This document shows positions 52,347 through 60,377 of a DNA stretch of 64,000 nt, in pieces (the first letter of the stretch is position 1; each line of letters begins with the position of its first letter). A model generated the notes under the pieces. The model was not told where the DNA came from. It saw only the letters and a list, made by a program, of their open reading frames with translations, and did no database searches. Source of the DNA: an uncultured Acidaminococcales bacterium (GTDB taxonomy: Bacteria > Bacillota > Negativicutes > Acidaminococcales > Acidaminococcaceae); the NCBI GenBank assembly GCA_964293585.1, contig CAXYYS010000001.1, positions 5,755-69,754 on the forward strand, in the 5' to 3' direction. A program made the position numbers and the translations under genes.

Positions 52347-53105
52347 ATGAAACAAGTATTAATTTTTCTGGCCCTGTTGTGCTTGAGCCAAACCTGTCTG
52401 GCGGTTATGCCTGTCACGGATGATAATCTTCAGGCAGCAATGCGGTACGGTTTAGTACGGAGCAATAAGGCGGAGTTTTCGGATGACGATTTCCTGGCTC
52501 CCTGGACTGTTCCGGAAAGCGGCCTGACTAATCCTTACCGTTATAAAGAAAGAATTGTAGTCTATACGCCGTACATGCTGGCTACCCTGCAGGCCCGGAA
52601 TCTGACTGTTGCTAAGCAGCAGTTTTCGCTGGCGGATATTAAAAAATTTGTCCATGATTACGACGGTATCACTGTTATCGGCGCGGTGGTTAATACTCCG
52701 CTTTTGCTGAAAACCGGCGATTTTCACGTGGTGCTGGAACAGGGTCCGTTAACACTTTTACCTTATGCCAGCGATTTTTTAAAATCTTCCTATCTGGAGG
52801 GCCGGACTCCGGTAGCTACCGCCAAAGATTCAAAGTCAGCCTATCTGGAAGAACTTCGTTCCCGGGAGCAGGCGTTAAAGATGCAACTGCTGGCTCTGGA
52901 AAAGGACGAGCTTAAACCTGCTGACATCAATACTGCGGTAGCGACTAAGCCGTCTGCCACACTGACGGCCAAAGTGGCCAGGATTGATATGCAATATTAT
53001 TTTGATAATACCAAGTTTGATCCGGCTAAACCGTATCAGATTAAGATTAGTGATTCTTACTGTGGATCACGGACTTTTACTGTTTTACCGGCCAGGTTAA
53101 AATAA
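52347..53105 (+). CDS. Hypothetical exported protein
   Basis: Signal MKQVLIFLALLCLSQTCLA/VM. RBS GGAGG. No recognisable family. Confidence 0.55.
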   Translation: MKQVLIFLALLCLSQTCLAVMPVTDDNLQAAMRYGLVRSNKAEFSDDDFLAPWTVPESGLTNPYRYKERIVVYTPYMLATLQARNLTVAKQQFSLADIKKFVHDYDGITVIGAVVNTPLLLKTGDFHVVLEQGPLTLLPYASDFLKSSYLEGRTPVATAKDSKSAYLEELRSREQALKMQLLALEKDELKPADINTAVATKPSATLTAKVARIDMQYYFDNTKFDPAKPYQIKISDSYCGSRTFTVLPARLK

Positions 53106-53153
53106 GCTGGCCCGTAATTAAAAAATGGCTTTTACACTATAAGGAGGATTACC

Positions 53154-54053
53154 TTGCTGCATAGTATGACAGGTTTTGGCAGGGGCAGTTACCGGGACGA
53201 GGATTTTTCTGTGGTAGTAGAGATTAAATCTGTTAACCACCGGTATTCGGAATTTGCCATCCGGATGCCGCATTATTTAAACGCCCTGGAAGATAAGATT
53301 AAAAAAAGTGTTTTGCAGAGATGCTCCCGCGGACGTTTTGATATTTTTATCACAGCGTTGAATTCCCGGCATGAGGCGGAAGAAATCCTGGTGGACAAGG
53401 GTTTGGCCCAGGCTTATCATAAAGCTTTACAGGAAATCGGTACGGCTATCGGTGCGCCGGAGGTAACTTTTAACACGCCTGCCGAAATTTTATATTTAAG
53501 CCGCTGTCAGGATGTGCTGAACGTAGCTGAAGGCGTGGTGGATGCAGATTCACTCTGGCCCAAGGTAGAGAAGGCCCTGACCCAGGCGCTGGATATTTTA
53601 GTGGCCATGCGGGAAGCAGAAGCTGCTAATATCGTGCAAGATTTTTTAAAGCGGGCCGATATTATAGAAGCTATGCTCCAGCAAGTGGAAAAACGGAGTC
53701 CGGCTACGGTACAGGAATATGAAGGTAAGTTGCGGGAACGCGTAGAACGCCTGCTGGCGGAAAATAATGCTCAGCTTGATCCCCAGCTCATCCTGCAGGA
53801 AGTGGCTGTTTTTGCGGACCGTACCAGTATCACGGAAGAATGTGTACGCCTGCATAGTCATTTGAAACAGTTGCGTCAGTTCCTGAGCGGGTCCGGTCCT
53901 GTAGGCCGGAAACTGGATTTCCTGGTGCAGGAGATTAACCGGGAAGTGAACACTATTGGCTCTAAGTGCAATGATTTTGAGTTATCTGCCCAGGTGGTGG
54001 ATATGAAGGCCGAGGTGGAAAAAATCAGGGAGCAGGTTCAGAATATTGAATGA
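53154..54053 (+). CDS. yicC: YicC/YloC-family stress-induced endoribonuclease
   Basis: N-terminus (L)LHSMTGFGRG, VEIKSVNHRY, and a C-terminal DUF1732 region (DF..QE.NRE.NTIGSK). TTG start after AAGGAGG. Confidence 0.88.
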   Translation: MLHSMTGFGRGSYRDEDFSVVVEIKSVNHRYSEFAIRMPHYLNALEDKIKKSVLQRCSRGRFDIFITALNSRHEAEEILVDKGLAQAYHKALQEIGTAIGAPEVTFNTPAEILYLSRCQDVLNVAEGVVDADSLWPKVEKALTQALDILVAMREAEAANIVQDFLKRADIIEAMLQQVEKRSPATVQEYEGKLRERVERLLAENNAQLDPQLILQEVAVFADRTSITEECVRLHSHLKQLRQFLSGSGPVGRKLDFLVQEINREVNTIGSKCNDFELSAQVVDMKAEVEKIREQVQNIE

Positions 54054-54120
54054 TGCCATTTAAAGGTTGCCTTTAAGTGGTGCTGATAAAGTGGTTTAAA
54101 TTTAAGGAGGATGTTTATTC

Positions 54121-54399
54121 ATGGGTATCAAGTTATTGAACATTGGGTTTGGAAATATTGTGGCGGCCAACAGGATTATTTCCATCATCAGTCCGGAATC
54201 GGCCCCGATTAAGCGTATTATCCAGGAAGCTCGCGAAAAAGGTATGCTTATTGATGCTACCTATGGCAGAAGAACCAGGGCAGTGGTTGTTACCGATAGC
54301 GGCCATGTGGTATTGTCCAGTATCCAGCCGGAAACGGTGGCTAACAGGTTGTACGACGATGAAGACGAGCAGGAACATCCTGACAAGGATGAAAAATAA
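54121..54399 (+). CDS. remA: Extracellular matrix/biofilm regulator RemA (DUF370)
   Basis: NIGFGN.V.A.RI..I..P.SAPIKR ... DAT.GR.TR..V, the typical RemA/YlzA pattern. Confidence 0.88.
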   Translation: MGIKLLNIGFGNIVAANRIISIISPESAPIKRIIQEAREKGMLIDATYGRRTRAVVVTDSGHVVLSSIQPETVANRLYDDEDEQEHPDKDEK

Positions 54400-54417
54400 G
54401 ATGGAGGCTCACTTACT

Positions 54418-55044
54418 GTGAAACCAAACGGTTTGCTGTTAGTTATTTCCGGTCCCAGCGGTGCCGGCAAGGGAACTATCTGTCAGCTGCTGCGGGAAAA
54501 GCTGCCGGAACTGGCCTACTCTGTTTCTGTTACCACCCGGAGTCCGCGTAAGGGCGAGGTGGATGGTAAAGATTATTTTTTCAAAACTGAGGCCGAAGTG
54601 CGGAAGATGATTTTTGAAGGTCAGCTTCTGGAACATGCTGAGGTGTACGGTCATATTTACGGCACGCCGAAACCCTATGTGATGGATTTGCTTTCCCAGG
54701 GCAAGGACGTGTTATTAGAAATTGATATCCAGGGTGCGCTGCAGATTAAAAAGGTTTTTCCCAGCGGCGTCTTTGTCTTTATCGTTCCTCCCAGTCTGGA
54801 GGAGCTAAAGGCCCGGATCTATAAACGCGGTACCGATACTCTTGATACCATTAAAGAACGTTTAAGCTCGGCCACCAAGGAACTGACTTATGCGAATGCT
54901 TATGATTATATCATTATTAATGATGTAGCTGCGAAAGCTACGCAAAAAGTCCTGACCATCCTGGAAGCGGAACGTTACCGCGCGGACAGGACCTATATGC
55001 TGGTGGACGATATTATTAAACAAGGTGAACATGCCGGCAAGTAA
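54418..55044 (+). CDS. gmk: Guanylate kinase
   Basis: Motifs ISGPSGAGKGT and TTR.PR.GE.DG.DY.F. Confidence 0.92.
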   Translation: MKPNGLLLVISGPSGAGKGTICQLLREKLPELAYSVSVTTRSPRKGEVDGKDYFFKTEAEVRKMIFEGQLLEHAEVYGHIYGTPKPYVMDLLSQGKDVLLEIDIQGALQIKKVFPSGVFVFIVPPSLEELKARIYKRGTDTLDTIKERLSSATKELTYANAYDYIIINDVAAKATQKVLTILEAERYRADRTYMLVDDIIKQGEHAGK

Positions 55045-55076
55045 ATTGCCGCAAACAGATAAGGAGTGATGGAAGT

Positions 55077-55265
55077 ATGTCGATGGTTGATCCTTCTATT
55101 GATTATTTAGCAACAAAGGTTGACAGCAAGTACACGCTGGTGATCATGGCGGCCAAACGGGCCCGGGAACTGACCGTTCCTGGCCAGAATCTGCCGGAAA
55201 AGGAAGTTAGTATCGCGCTGAAAGAAATAGCTACGGATGAGCTGACGTACGCACGCGCCAAATAG
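55077..55265 (+). CDS. rpoZ: DNA-directed RNA polymerase subunit omega
   Basis: 62 aa; KYTLVIMAAKRAREL motif; gmk-rpoZ synteny. Confidence 0.88.
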   Translation: MSMVDPSIDYLATKVDSKYTLVIMAAKRARELTVPGQNLPEKEVSIALKEIATDELTYARAK

Positions 55266-55336
55266 GAACCGGATAGCTGCCGGTTTGTTCGGGTGCAGTT
55301 TGACAACCGTAGTATCAGACAGGGAGAAAATTGTGC

Positions 55337-56539
55337 ATGTTGAAAGGTAAAAAGATTGTTTTAGGCGTAACCGGGGGCATTGCCATCTATAAAGTGGTGG
55401 ACCTGGTAAGTAAATTGCGCAAACAGGGAGCCGAGGTCCGGGTCATGATGACCGAACACGCGGTTCAGTTTGTGACGCCGTTATTATTTCAGGAGATTAG
55501 CGGTCATAAGGTTGCCAGCACCATGTGGAGCGGCAACGATGAGTTTAACGTAGAACATATCGCCCTGGCCGAATGGGCGGATTTATTTTTAGTGGCGCCG
55601 GCTACGGCTAATATTTTAGCCAAGATGGCGGTGGGTCTGGCGGATGAACTGGTTTCTACCGTTCTTTTAGCAGCTAAAAAGCCTATTATCGTGTGCCCGG
55701 CTATGAATACGGGCATGCTGGAAAATGCCGCTACGCAAGCTAATCTGCAAACTTTAAAAAGGCGGGGGGTCACCGTGATGGAACCGGACGCAGGTTTTTT
55801 GGCCTGTGGTGTAACCGGTGCCGGCCGTTTGCCGGAAGTGCCCTCCATTATTGCTTTTTTGGAAAATTTCTTAGCGCAGCGGGAAGGCGATATGCGGGGG
55901 CTGAAGGTTATGGTTTCCGCAGCCGGTACCAGGGAACCCATTGATCCGGTACGTTTTGTGGGTAACCGCAGCAGCGGTAAGATGGGTTATGCTATTGCCC
56001 GGTGCGCCTCCTTGCGGGGAGCACAGGTCACTTTGATTTCCGGTCCCAGTGCTTTAACGCCGCCGCCCAATGTGCAGGCTGTCCAGGTAGAAACTACCCA
56101 GCAGATGCTGGAAGCCTGTGAAAAAGTTTATCCAGAGGTGGATGTGGTCATCATGGCAGCTGCCGTGGCGGACTACCGTCCCCATGATGTGGCAACCCAG
56201 AAGATTAAAAAGAAGGATGAAGATGCCCTGACCGTGGTCATGGATAAGAATCCGGATATTTTAAAAACTCTGGGAGCGGAGAAAAAGCAGCAGTTCCTGG
56301 TCGGCTTTGCCGCCGAGACCCAGAACCTGCTGGCTAATGCCAGGGAAAAAGTGCAGAAGAAAAATTTGGATATGATCGTGGCCAACGATGTGACCATGGC
56401 CGGCGCCGGTTTTAATGCCGACACTAATGTGGTCAAGTTCTTATATGCCGACGGACAGGTGGAGGAACTGGCCAAGATGAGTAAGGATGAGGTAGCCCGG
56501 GAACTTTTAGACAGGGTCTTGGCCCGCCGTCAACATTAA
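55337..56539 (+). CDS. coaBC: Bifunctional phosphopantothenoylcysteine decarboxylase / phosphopantothenate--cysteine ligase
   Basis: Flavoprotein domain (GVTGGIAIYK, PAMN..M) plus a CoaB domain (AGGTREPIDPVRF..N.SSGKMG). Confidence 0.92.
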   Translation: MLKGKKIVLGVTGGIAIYKVVDLVSKLRKQGAEVRVMMTEHAVQFVTPLLFQEISGHKVASTMWSGNDEFNVEHIALAEWADLFLVAPATANILAKMAVGLADELVSTVLLAAKKPIIVCPAMNTGMLENAATQANLQTLKRRGVTVMEPDAGFLACGVTGAGRLPEVPSIIAFLENFLAQREGDMRGLKVMVSAAGTREPIDPVRFVGNRSSGKMGYAIARCASLRGAQVTLISGPSALTPPPNVQAVQVETTQQMLEACEKVYPEVDVVIMAAAVADYRPHDVATQKIKKKDEDALTVVMDKNPDILKTLGAEKKQQFLVGFAAETQNLLANAREKVQKKNLDMIVANDVTMAGAGFNADTNVVKFLYADGQVEELAKMSKDEVARELLDRVLARRQH

Positions 56540-56618
56540 GAAAACTGTTGCCGTTAGTTGTTCACAAAAAGTTTGCTAATATTTCTGCCCTTAAAGCCTG
56601 TTTTTAGCATCCAGACTC

Positions 56619-56647
56619 TTGTAATACTGTAATATTTGTTATATAAT
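56619..56647 (+). promoter_or_regulatory. Sigma-A-type promoter of the metK leader
   Basis: TTGTAA (56619-56624), a 17-nt spacer, then TATAAT (56642-56647). Confidence 0.6.
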
Positions 56648-56667
56648 TCACTTGTAATTAAATATGG

Positions 56668-56772
56668 CTCATCAAGAGCGGTGGAGGGACTGGCCCGGTG
56701 AAACCGCAGCAACCATTAGCGTCTATGCAGGCGCTAAAAGGTGCTAAGTCCTGCGAGTAATCGTGAGATGAG
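56668..56772 (+). promoter_or_regulatory. SAM-I riboswitch (S-box)
   Basis: P1 is CTCATC...GATGAG. Conserved core: AAGAGCGGTGGAGGGACTGGCCCGGTGAAACCGCAGCAACC ... GGTGCTAAGTCCTGC. It lies upstream of metK. Confidence 0.9.
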
Positions 56773-56789
56773 ATTGCAAGAAATTGTAA

Positions 56790-56818
56790 GTGTTCTCTCA
56801 CAAAGAGAACACTTTTTT
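56790..56818 (+). terminator. S-box expression-platform terminator
   Basis: GTGTTCTCT-CACAA-AGAGAACAC followed by TTTTTT. Confidence 0.88.
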
Positions 56819-56863
56819 ATTCTCAAAGAGCCATGTGTCGCTAAAGAGCGAAAGGAGTTCATT

Positions 56864-58042
56864 ATGAAAAGCTTTTTTACGTCTGAGTCAGTAACAGAAG
56901 GTCATCCGGATAAAATTGCAGATCAAATTTCTGATGCTATCCTGGATGCCATCCTGGCTAAGGATCCCATGGGCCGGGTAGCCTGTGAGACCGTGGTAGC
57001 CACAGGACAAATTCATATCGTAGGTGAAATTTCTACGGATTGCTATGTTGATATCGGTAAGATTGCCCGCCAAACGGTCATTGACATTGGTTATGACCGT
57101 GCCAAATATGGTTTTGATGGCAATACCTGCGGCGTCCTGGTTTCCATCGATGAACAGAGCAGCGACATCGCCCTGGGTGTGGATAAGGCGCTGGAAGCCA
57201 AGGAAGGCAAAGCTGCCACTGAAGAAACCGGTGCTGGTGATCAGGGCATGATGTTTGGTTATGCGTGTGACGAGACACCGGAATTGATGCCGCTGCCTAT
57301 TTCTCTGGCGCATAAACTGGCGCGCCGTCTGACCCAGGTCAGGAAAGATGGTACCTTGAATAACCTGCGTCCGGATGGTAAAACTCAGGTGACCATTGAA
57401 TATGAAGACGACAAACCGGTACGGGTAGATACGATCGTTGTCAGCACCCAGCATGCACCGGAGGCACAACAGGAACAGATTGCCAGAGATATCCGGGAAT
57501 ATGTGATTAAACCTGTAGTTCCGGCAGCTATGTTAGATGAAAACACTAAATATTTTATTAATCCTACCGGCAGGTTTGTTATTGGTGGACCCCAAGGAGA
57601 CAGCGGGCTGACCGGCCGGAAAATCATTGTGGATACCTACGGCGGTATGGCCAGACATGGCGGCGGTGCTTTTAGCGGTAAGGACCCCACTAAAGTTGAC
57701 CGCAGTGCTTCTTATGCCGCCCGGTACGTGGCTAAGAATATCGTGGCCGCAGGCCTGGCTAAACGCTGTGAATTACAGTTGGCTTATGCCATCGGCGTAG
57801 CACAACCTGTTAGTATCCATGTAGAAACTTTTGGCACTGGTAAAATTGCTGATGATAAGATCGTGGAACTGGTAAAGAAGAATTTCTCGCTGACCCCTTC
57901 CGGTATTATCAGGACTTTAAATCTGCGTAGACCTATCTATAGACAGACCGCGGCCTATGGTCATATGGGCCGTACGGATATAGATTTACCCTGGGAGCAT
58001 ACGGATAAGGCCGCTGCTTTAAGAGAGCAGGCAGGTTTATAA
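56864..58042 (+). CDS. metK: S-adenosylmethionine synthetase
   Basis: Motifs [25 protein letters not shown] and [12 protein letters not shown] 56864 follows AAAGGAG. The ORF-track start at 56741 lies inside the riboswitch. Confidence 0.97.
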   Translation: MKSFFTSESVTEGHPDKIADQISDAILDAILAKDPMGRVACETVVATGQIHIVGEISTDCYVDIGKIARQTVIDIGYDRAKYGFDGNTCGVLVSIDEQSSDIALGVDKALEAKEGKAATEETGAGDQGMMFGYACDETPELMPLPISLAHKLARRLTQVRKDGTLNNLRPDGKTQVTIEYEDDKPVRVDTIVVSTQHAPEAQQEQIARDIREYVIKPVVPAAMLDENTKYFINPTGRFVIGGPQGDSGLTGRKIIVDTYGGMARHGGGAFSGKDPTKVDRSASYAARYVAKNIVAAGLAKRCELQLAYAIGVAQPVSIHVETFGTGKIADDKIVELVKKNFSLTPSGIIRTLNLRRPIYRQTAAYGHMGRTDIDLPWEHTDKAAALREQAGL

Positions 58043-58058
58043 TTTGTAGATAACTGGC

Positions 58059-58100
58059 AAAACAGGGAATGCTGCAGCAGCAGTTTTCCCTGTTTTTTTT
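58059..58100 (+). terminator. Intrinsic terminator after metK
   Basis: AAAACAGGGAA ... TTCCCTGTTTT followed by a T-run. Confidence 0.85.
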
Positions 58101-58166
58101 GTTTTTCTTATTATTTTTACAGCTAAATTTGAAGAAAAAGCAGGAGTTTTTCCCGGCAGTAGCGTA

Positions 58167-58180
58167 TACTATATATAGTA
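58167..58180. promoter_or_regulatory. Perfect 14-bp palindrome upstream of ccpN
   Basis: TACTATATATAGTA. Its left part overlaps a possible -10 (TATACT). Confidence 0.3.
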
Positions 58181-58187
58181 AACTTTT

Positions 58188-58210
58188 ATATTAGCAGAGC
58201 ATGCTAATAT
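58188..58210. promoter_or_regulatory. 9-bp inverted repeat just upstream of the ccpN start
   Basis: ATATTAGCA-GAGCA-TGCTAATAT, 14 nt before GTG 58224. Confidence 0.3.
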
Positions 58211-58223
58211 CACAGGGGCGGGG

Positions 58224-58889
58224 GTGTGCAAAATAGCTTTAAGTTTAAGGCAAAAAAAGATTGCTGAAATTGTGCGCCAGGAAGGACCTATCACTGGTGA
58301 GCATATTGCCAGACAGCTGGATGTGACCAGGGCGGCGTTAAGAAGCGACCTGGCAATTTTAGTTATGAGCGGGATCCTGGATGCGCGCCCGAAGGTCGGT
58401 TATTTTTATACCGGTAAAAATACCTTGGGGATGCTGCAGGAAGAAATTTCTGTGATTACAGTGGGACAGGTCATGAGTGTGCCTGTGGTCATCGGTACAG
58501 ATAAGAGTGCCTATGACGCCGTAGTCAGTATGTTCATAGATGATGCCGGCTCAGTTTTTGTGGTTGATGAAAATGGTTATTTGAACGGCGTAGTCAGCCG
58601 TAAAGACCTGCTCAAAGCTGCTACTAATAATAACGGTGATTTAAAAGATTTACCCGTGGCTATGGTCATGACCCAACTGTCCAAAATCGTAATGGTTCAT
58701 CCGGAGGACTCTGTTGCCAGTGCCGCCAGGAAGGCTATTGATAATGAGATTGACAGCTTGCCGGTAGTTAAGGTCATTAATGCAAAAGCCAAAACTTTTG
58801 AAGTTGTTGGCAGAATTACCAAAACGAATTTTACCAGGTTGCTGGTAGATTTAGCAGAAGGCAAGGGAGGTAATTATCATAGCCGCTAA
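58224..58889 (+). CDS. ccpN: HTH plus tandem-CBS transcriptional repressor (CcpN family)
   Basis: N-terminal HTH (RQKKIAEIVRQEGPITGEHIARQLDVTRAALRSDL) and two CBS domains. Followed by the PDRP gene, as in the B. subtilis ccpN-yqfL pair. Confidence 0.8.
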   Translation: MCKIALSLRQKKIAEIVRQEGPITGEHIARQLDVTRAALRSDLAILVMSGILDARPKVGYFYTGKNTLGMLQEEISVITVGQVMSVPVVIGTDKSAYDAVVSMFIDDAGSVFVVDENGYLNGVVSRKDLLKAATNNNGDLKDLPVAMVMTQLSKIVMVHPEDSVASAARKAIDNEIDSLPVVKVINAKAKTFEVVGRITKTNFTRLLVDLAEGKGGNYHSR

Positions 58890-59724
58890 TCAGAATGTTA
58901 AAACACCTATTATTTATGCTGTGTCTGACTCTATCGGTGAGACGGCAGAAAGCGTGGTAAAGGCTACTACCAGTCAATTTGTAGACCAGGAATTTGATGT
59001 CTTCCGGGTGCCGTATGTAAAAAGCAAGGAACAGGTCGACAAAGTTATGGCCGAAGCTGCGGCTGAAAAAGCTATGGTATGTTATACAATCGTCCTGCCG
59101 GAATTACGCCAGCATCTGGCTGATAAGGCTATGGAGTTGGATGTGAAGGTTGTAGATGTCCTGGGACCGATGCTCAGGGTCATTGAAGGTAACTGGGGCC
59201 TGCTGCCGAAAAATCAAGCCGGTCTGGTTCATGCCCTGGATCATGAATATTTTAAACGTGTAGAAGCTGTAGAATTCGCAGTTAAATATGATGACGGTAA
59301 AAATCCTATGGGTCTGGCCAAGGCAGACGTGGTTCTGATTGGTGTTTCCCGTACATCCAAGACGCCTTTGTCCATGTATCTGGCCAATAAACAGATTAAG
59401 GTAGCCAACGTACCGCTCGTACCGGAAATTAATCCGCCGGCGGAATTATTTAAAGTACCGCCCAAGAGAATCATCGGCCTGCTTATTGATCCTTTCAAAC
59501 TAAATTCTATCCGTTCGGCCAGGCTGAAGACCATGGGACTTTCGGATAAGGCAGCTTATGCTGACATGGGCAGGATTAACGAAGAACTGGAATATGCTCA
59601 GGCTATCATGAGAAGGGTACATTGCAAGATTATCAATGTTTCCAACCGGGCTATTGAAGAAACGGCCGGCCTGATCCTGGATTATATTCAGGGCAATGAG
59701 CATCATTTAAACGATACCAAATAA
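58879..59724 (+). CDS. Pyruvate, phosphate/water dikinase regulatory protein (PDRP, DUF299, YqfL-like); start uncertain (non-canonical ATA/ATC/ATT at 58873-58879; first canonical codon is GTG 58921)
   Basis: Motifs YAVSDSIGETAE, and GVSRTSKTP (P-loop). The conserved beta-strand KTPIIYAV lies upstream of the only canonical start. SD AAGGGAGG is at 58863-58870. Confidence 0.8.
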   Translation: MAANQNVKTPIIYAVSDSIGETAESVVKATTSQFVDQEFDVFRVPYVKSKEQVDKVMAEAAAEKAMVCYTIVLPELRQHLADKAMELDVKVVDVLGPMLRVIEGNWGLLPKNQAGLVHALDHEYFKRVEAVEFAVKYDDGKNPMGLAKADVVLIGVSRTSKTPLSMYLANKQIKVANVPLVPEINPPAELFKVPPKRIIGLLIDPFKLNSIRSARLKTMGLSDKAAYADMGRINEELEYAQAIMRRVHCKIINVSNRAIEETAGLILDYIQGNEHHLNDTK

Positions 59725-59740
59725 ATGCTGGGCCAATAAA

Positions 59741-59768
59741 AGAACCCCCGCCTTAAGCGGGGGTTTCT
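59741..59768. terminator. Bidirectional terminator between the PDRP gene and the LptA-like gene
   Basis: AGAACCCCCGC-CTTAA-GCGGGGGTTTCT. Confidence 0.75.
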
Positions 59769-59799
59769 TCAACTAATCTTTGTCGTTCTTTTACTGCCG

Positions 59800-60267
59800 T
59801 TACTGGAACTGTTTATTGATCACGTTATAAGCCACGGTACCCTGACGGGCTGCACCGTTTACCATAACATTGCCATTAAAGGTAGCAATCTTACTGTCCC
59901 AGTTAAAGCTGCCCTGGTTAGAATTAATGTTGGTAGCTCCTTCGGTAAAACGGCAGTTGCCGCTGCAGTAAGCAGTGCTTTCATTGCCGATGACGTTGAC
60001 CTGGTCACAGTAGAAGGAAATATCGTTGTCGGAAAGACGCACATTGCCGGAAGCCTGTACCGTTAACTGGTACATGTGGACGGTGGCATGGTCGGCAATA
60101 ATTACCTGGCCCGGCAACCTGACGGTCACATTACCATCCAGCTGATAGATACCGGTGAGGGGATTAAACTGCGTGTTATCAGCCGAAACTTCCGGTCTGG
60201 CAGCCAGTGCCAGGGAAGGCAGGAAAAGTGCCAGGAGCAGACTGACGAGTATGAAGACTTTTTTCAA
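59800..60267 (-). CDS. Periplasmic OstA/LptA-like beta-jellyroll protein (putative LPS-transport component)
   Basis: TTG start 7 nt after AAGAGGTG. Signal (L)KKVFILVSLLLALFLPSLALA/AR. Repeated G.V.V/L...I.AD motifs resemble the OstA N-terminal domain. Confidence 0.5.
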   Translation of the reverse strand: MKKVFILVSLLLALFLPSLALAARPEVSADNTQFNPLTGIYQLDGNVTVRLPGQVIIADHATVHMYQLTVQASGNVRLSDNDISFYCDQVNVIGNESTAYCSGNCRFTEGATNINSNQGSFNWDSKIATFNGNVMVNGAARQGTVAYNVINKQFQ

Positions 60268-60377
60268 TATACAACACCTCTTTATCAAACCTATTGTAGG
60301 TTATGCACGCAGATTTAGCAAGCATTGTTCTTTGTGTTTGCAAAAAAATCACGAACAATTTATTGAAGGAGTTTGCC

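Noticed and set aside
56741-56863. An upstream extension of the metK ORF (ORF-track start 56741).
   Set aside because: It lies inside the SAM-I riboswitch and its terminator. The canonical MetK N-terminus ([17 protein letters not shown]) starts at 56864 with its own SD. The same reasoning was applied to the extended starts of def, fmt, rpe, ribD, trmFO, cmk, scpB, hydF, dgt and dnaG.
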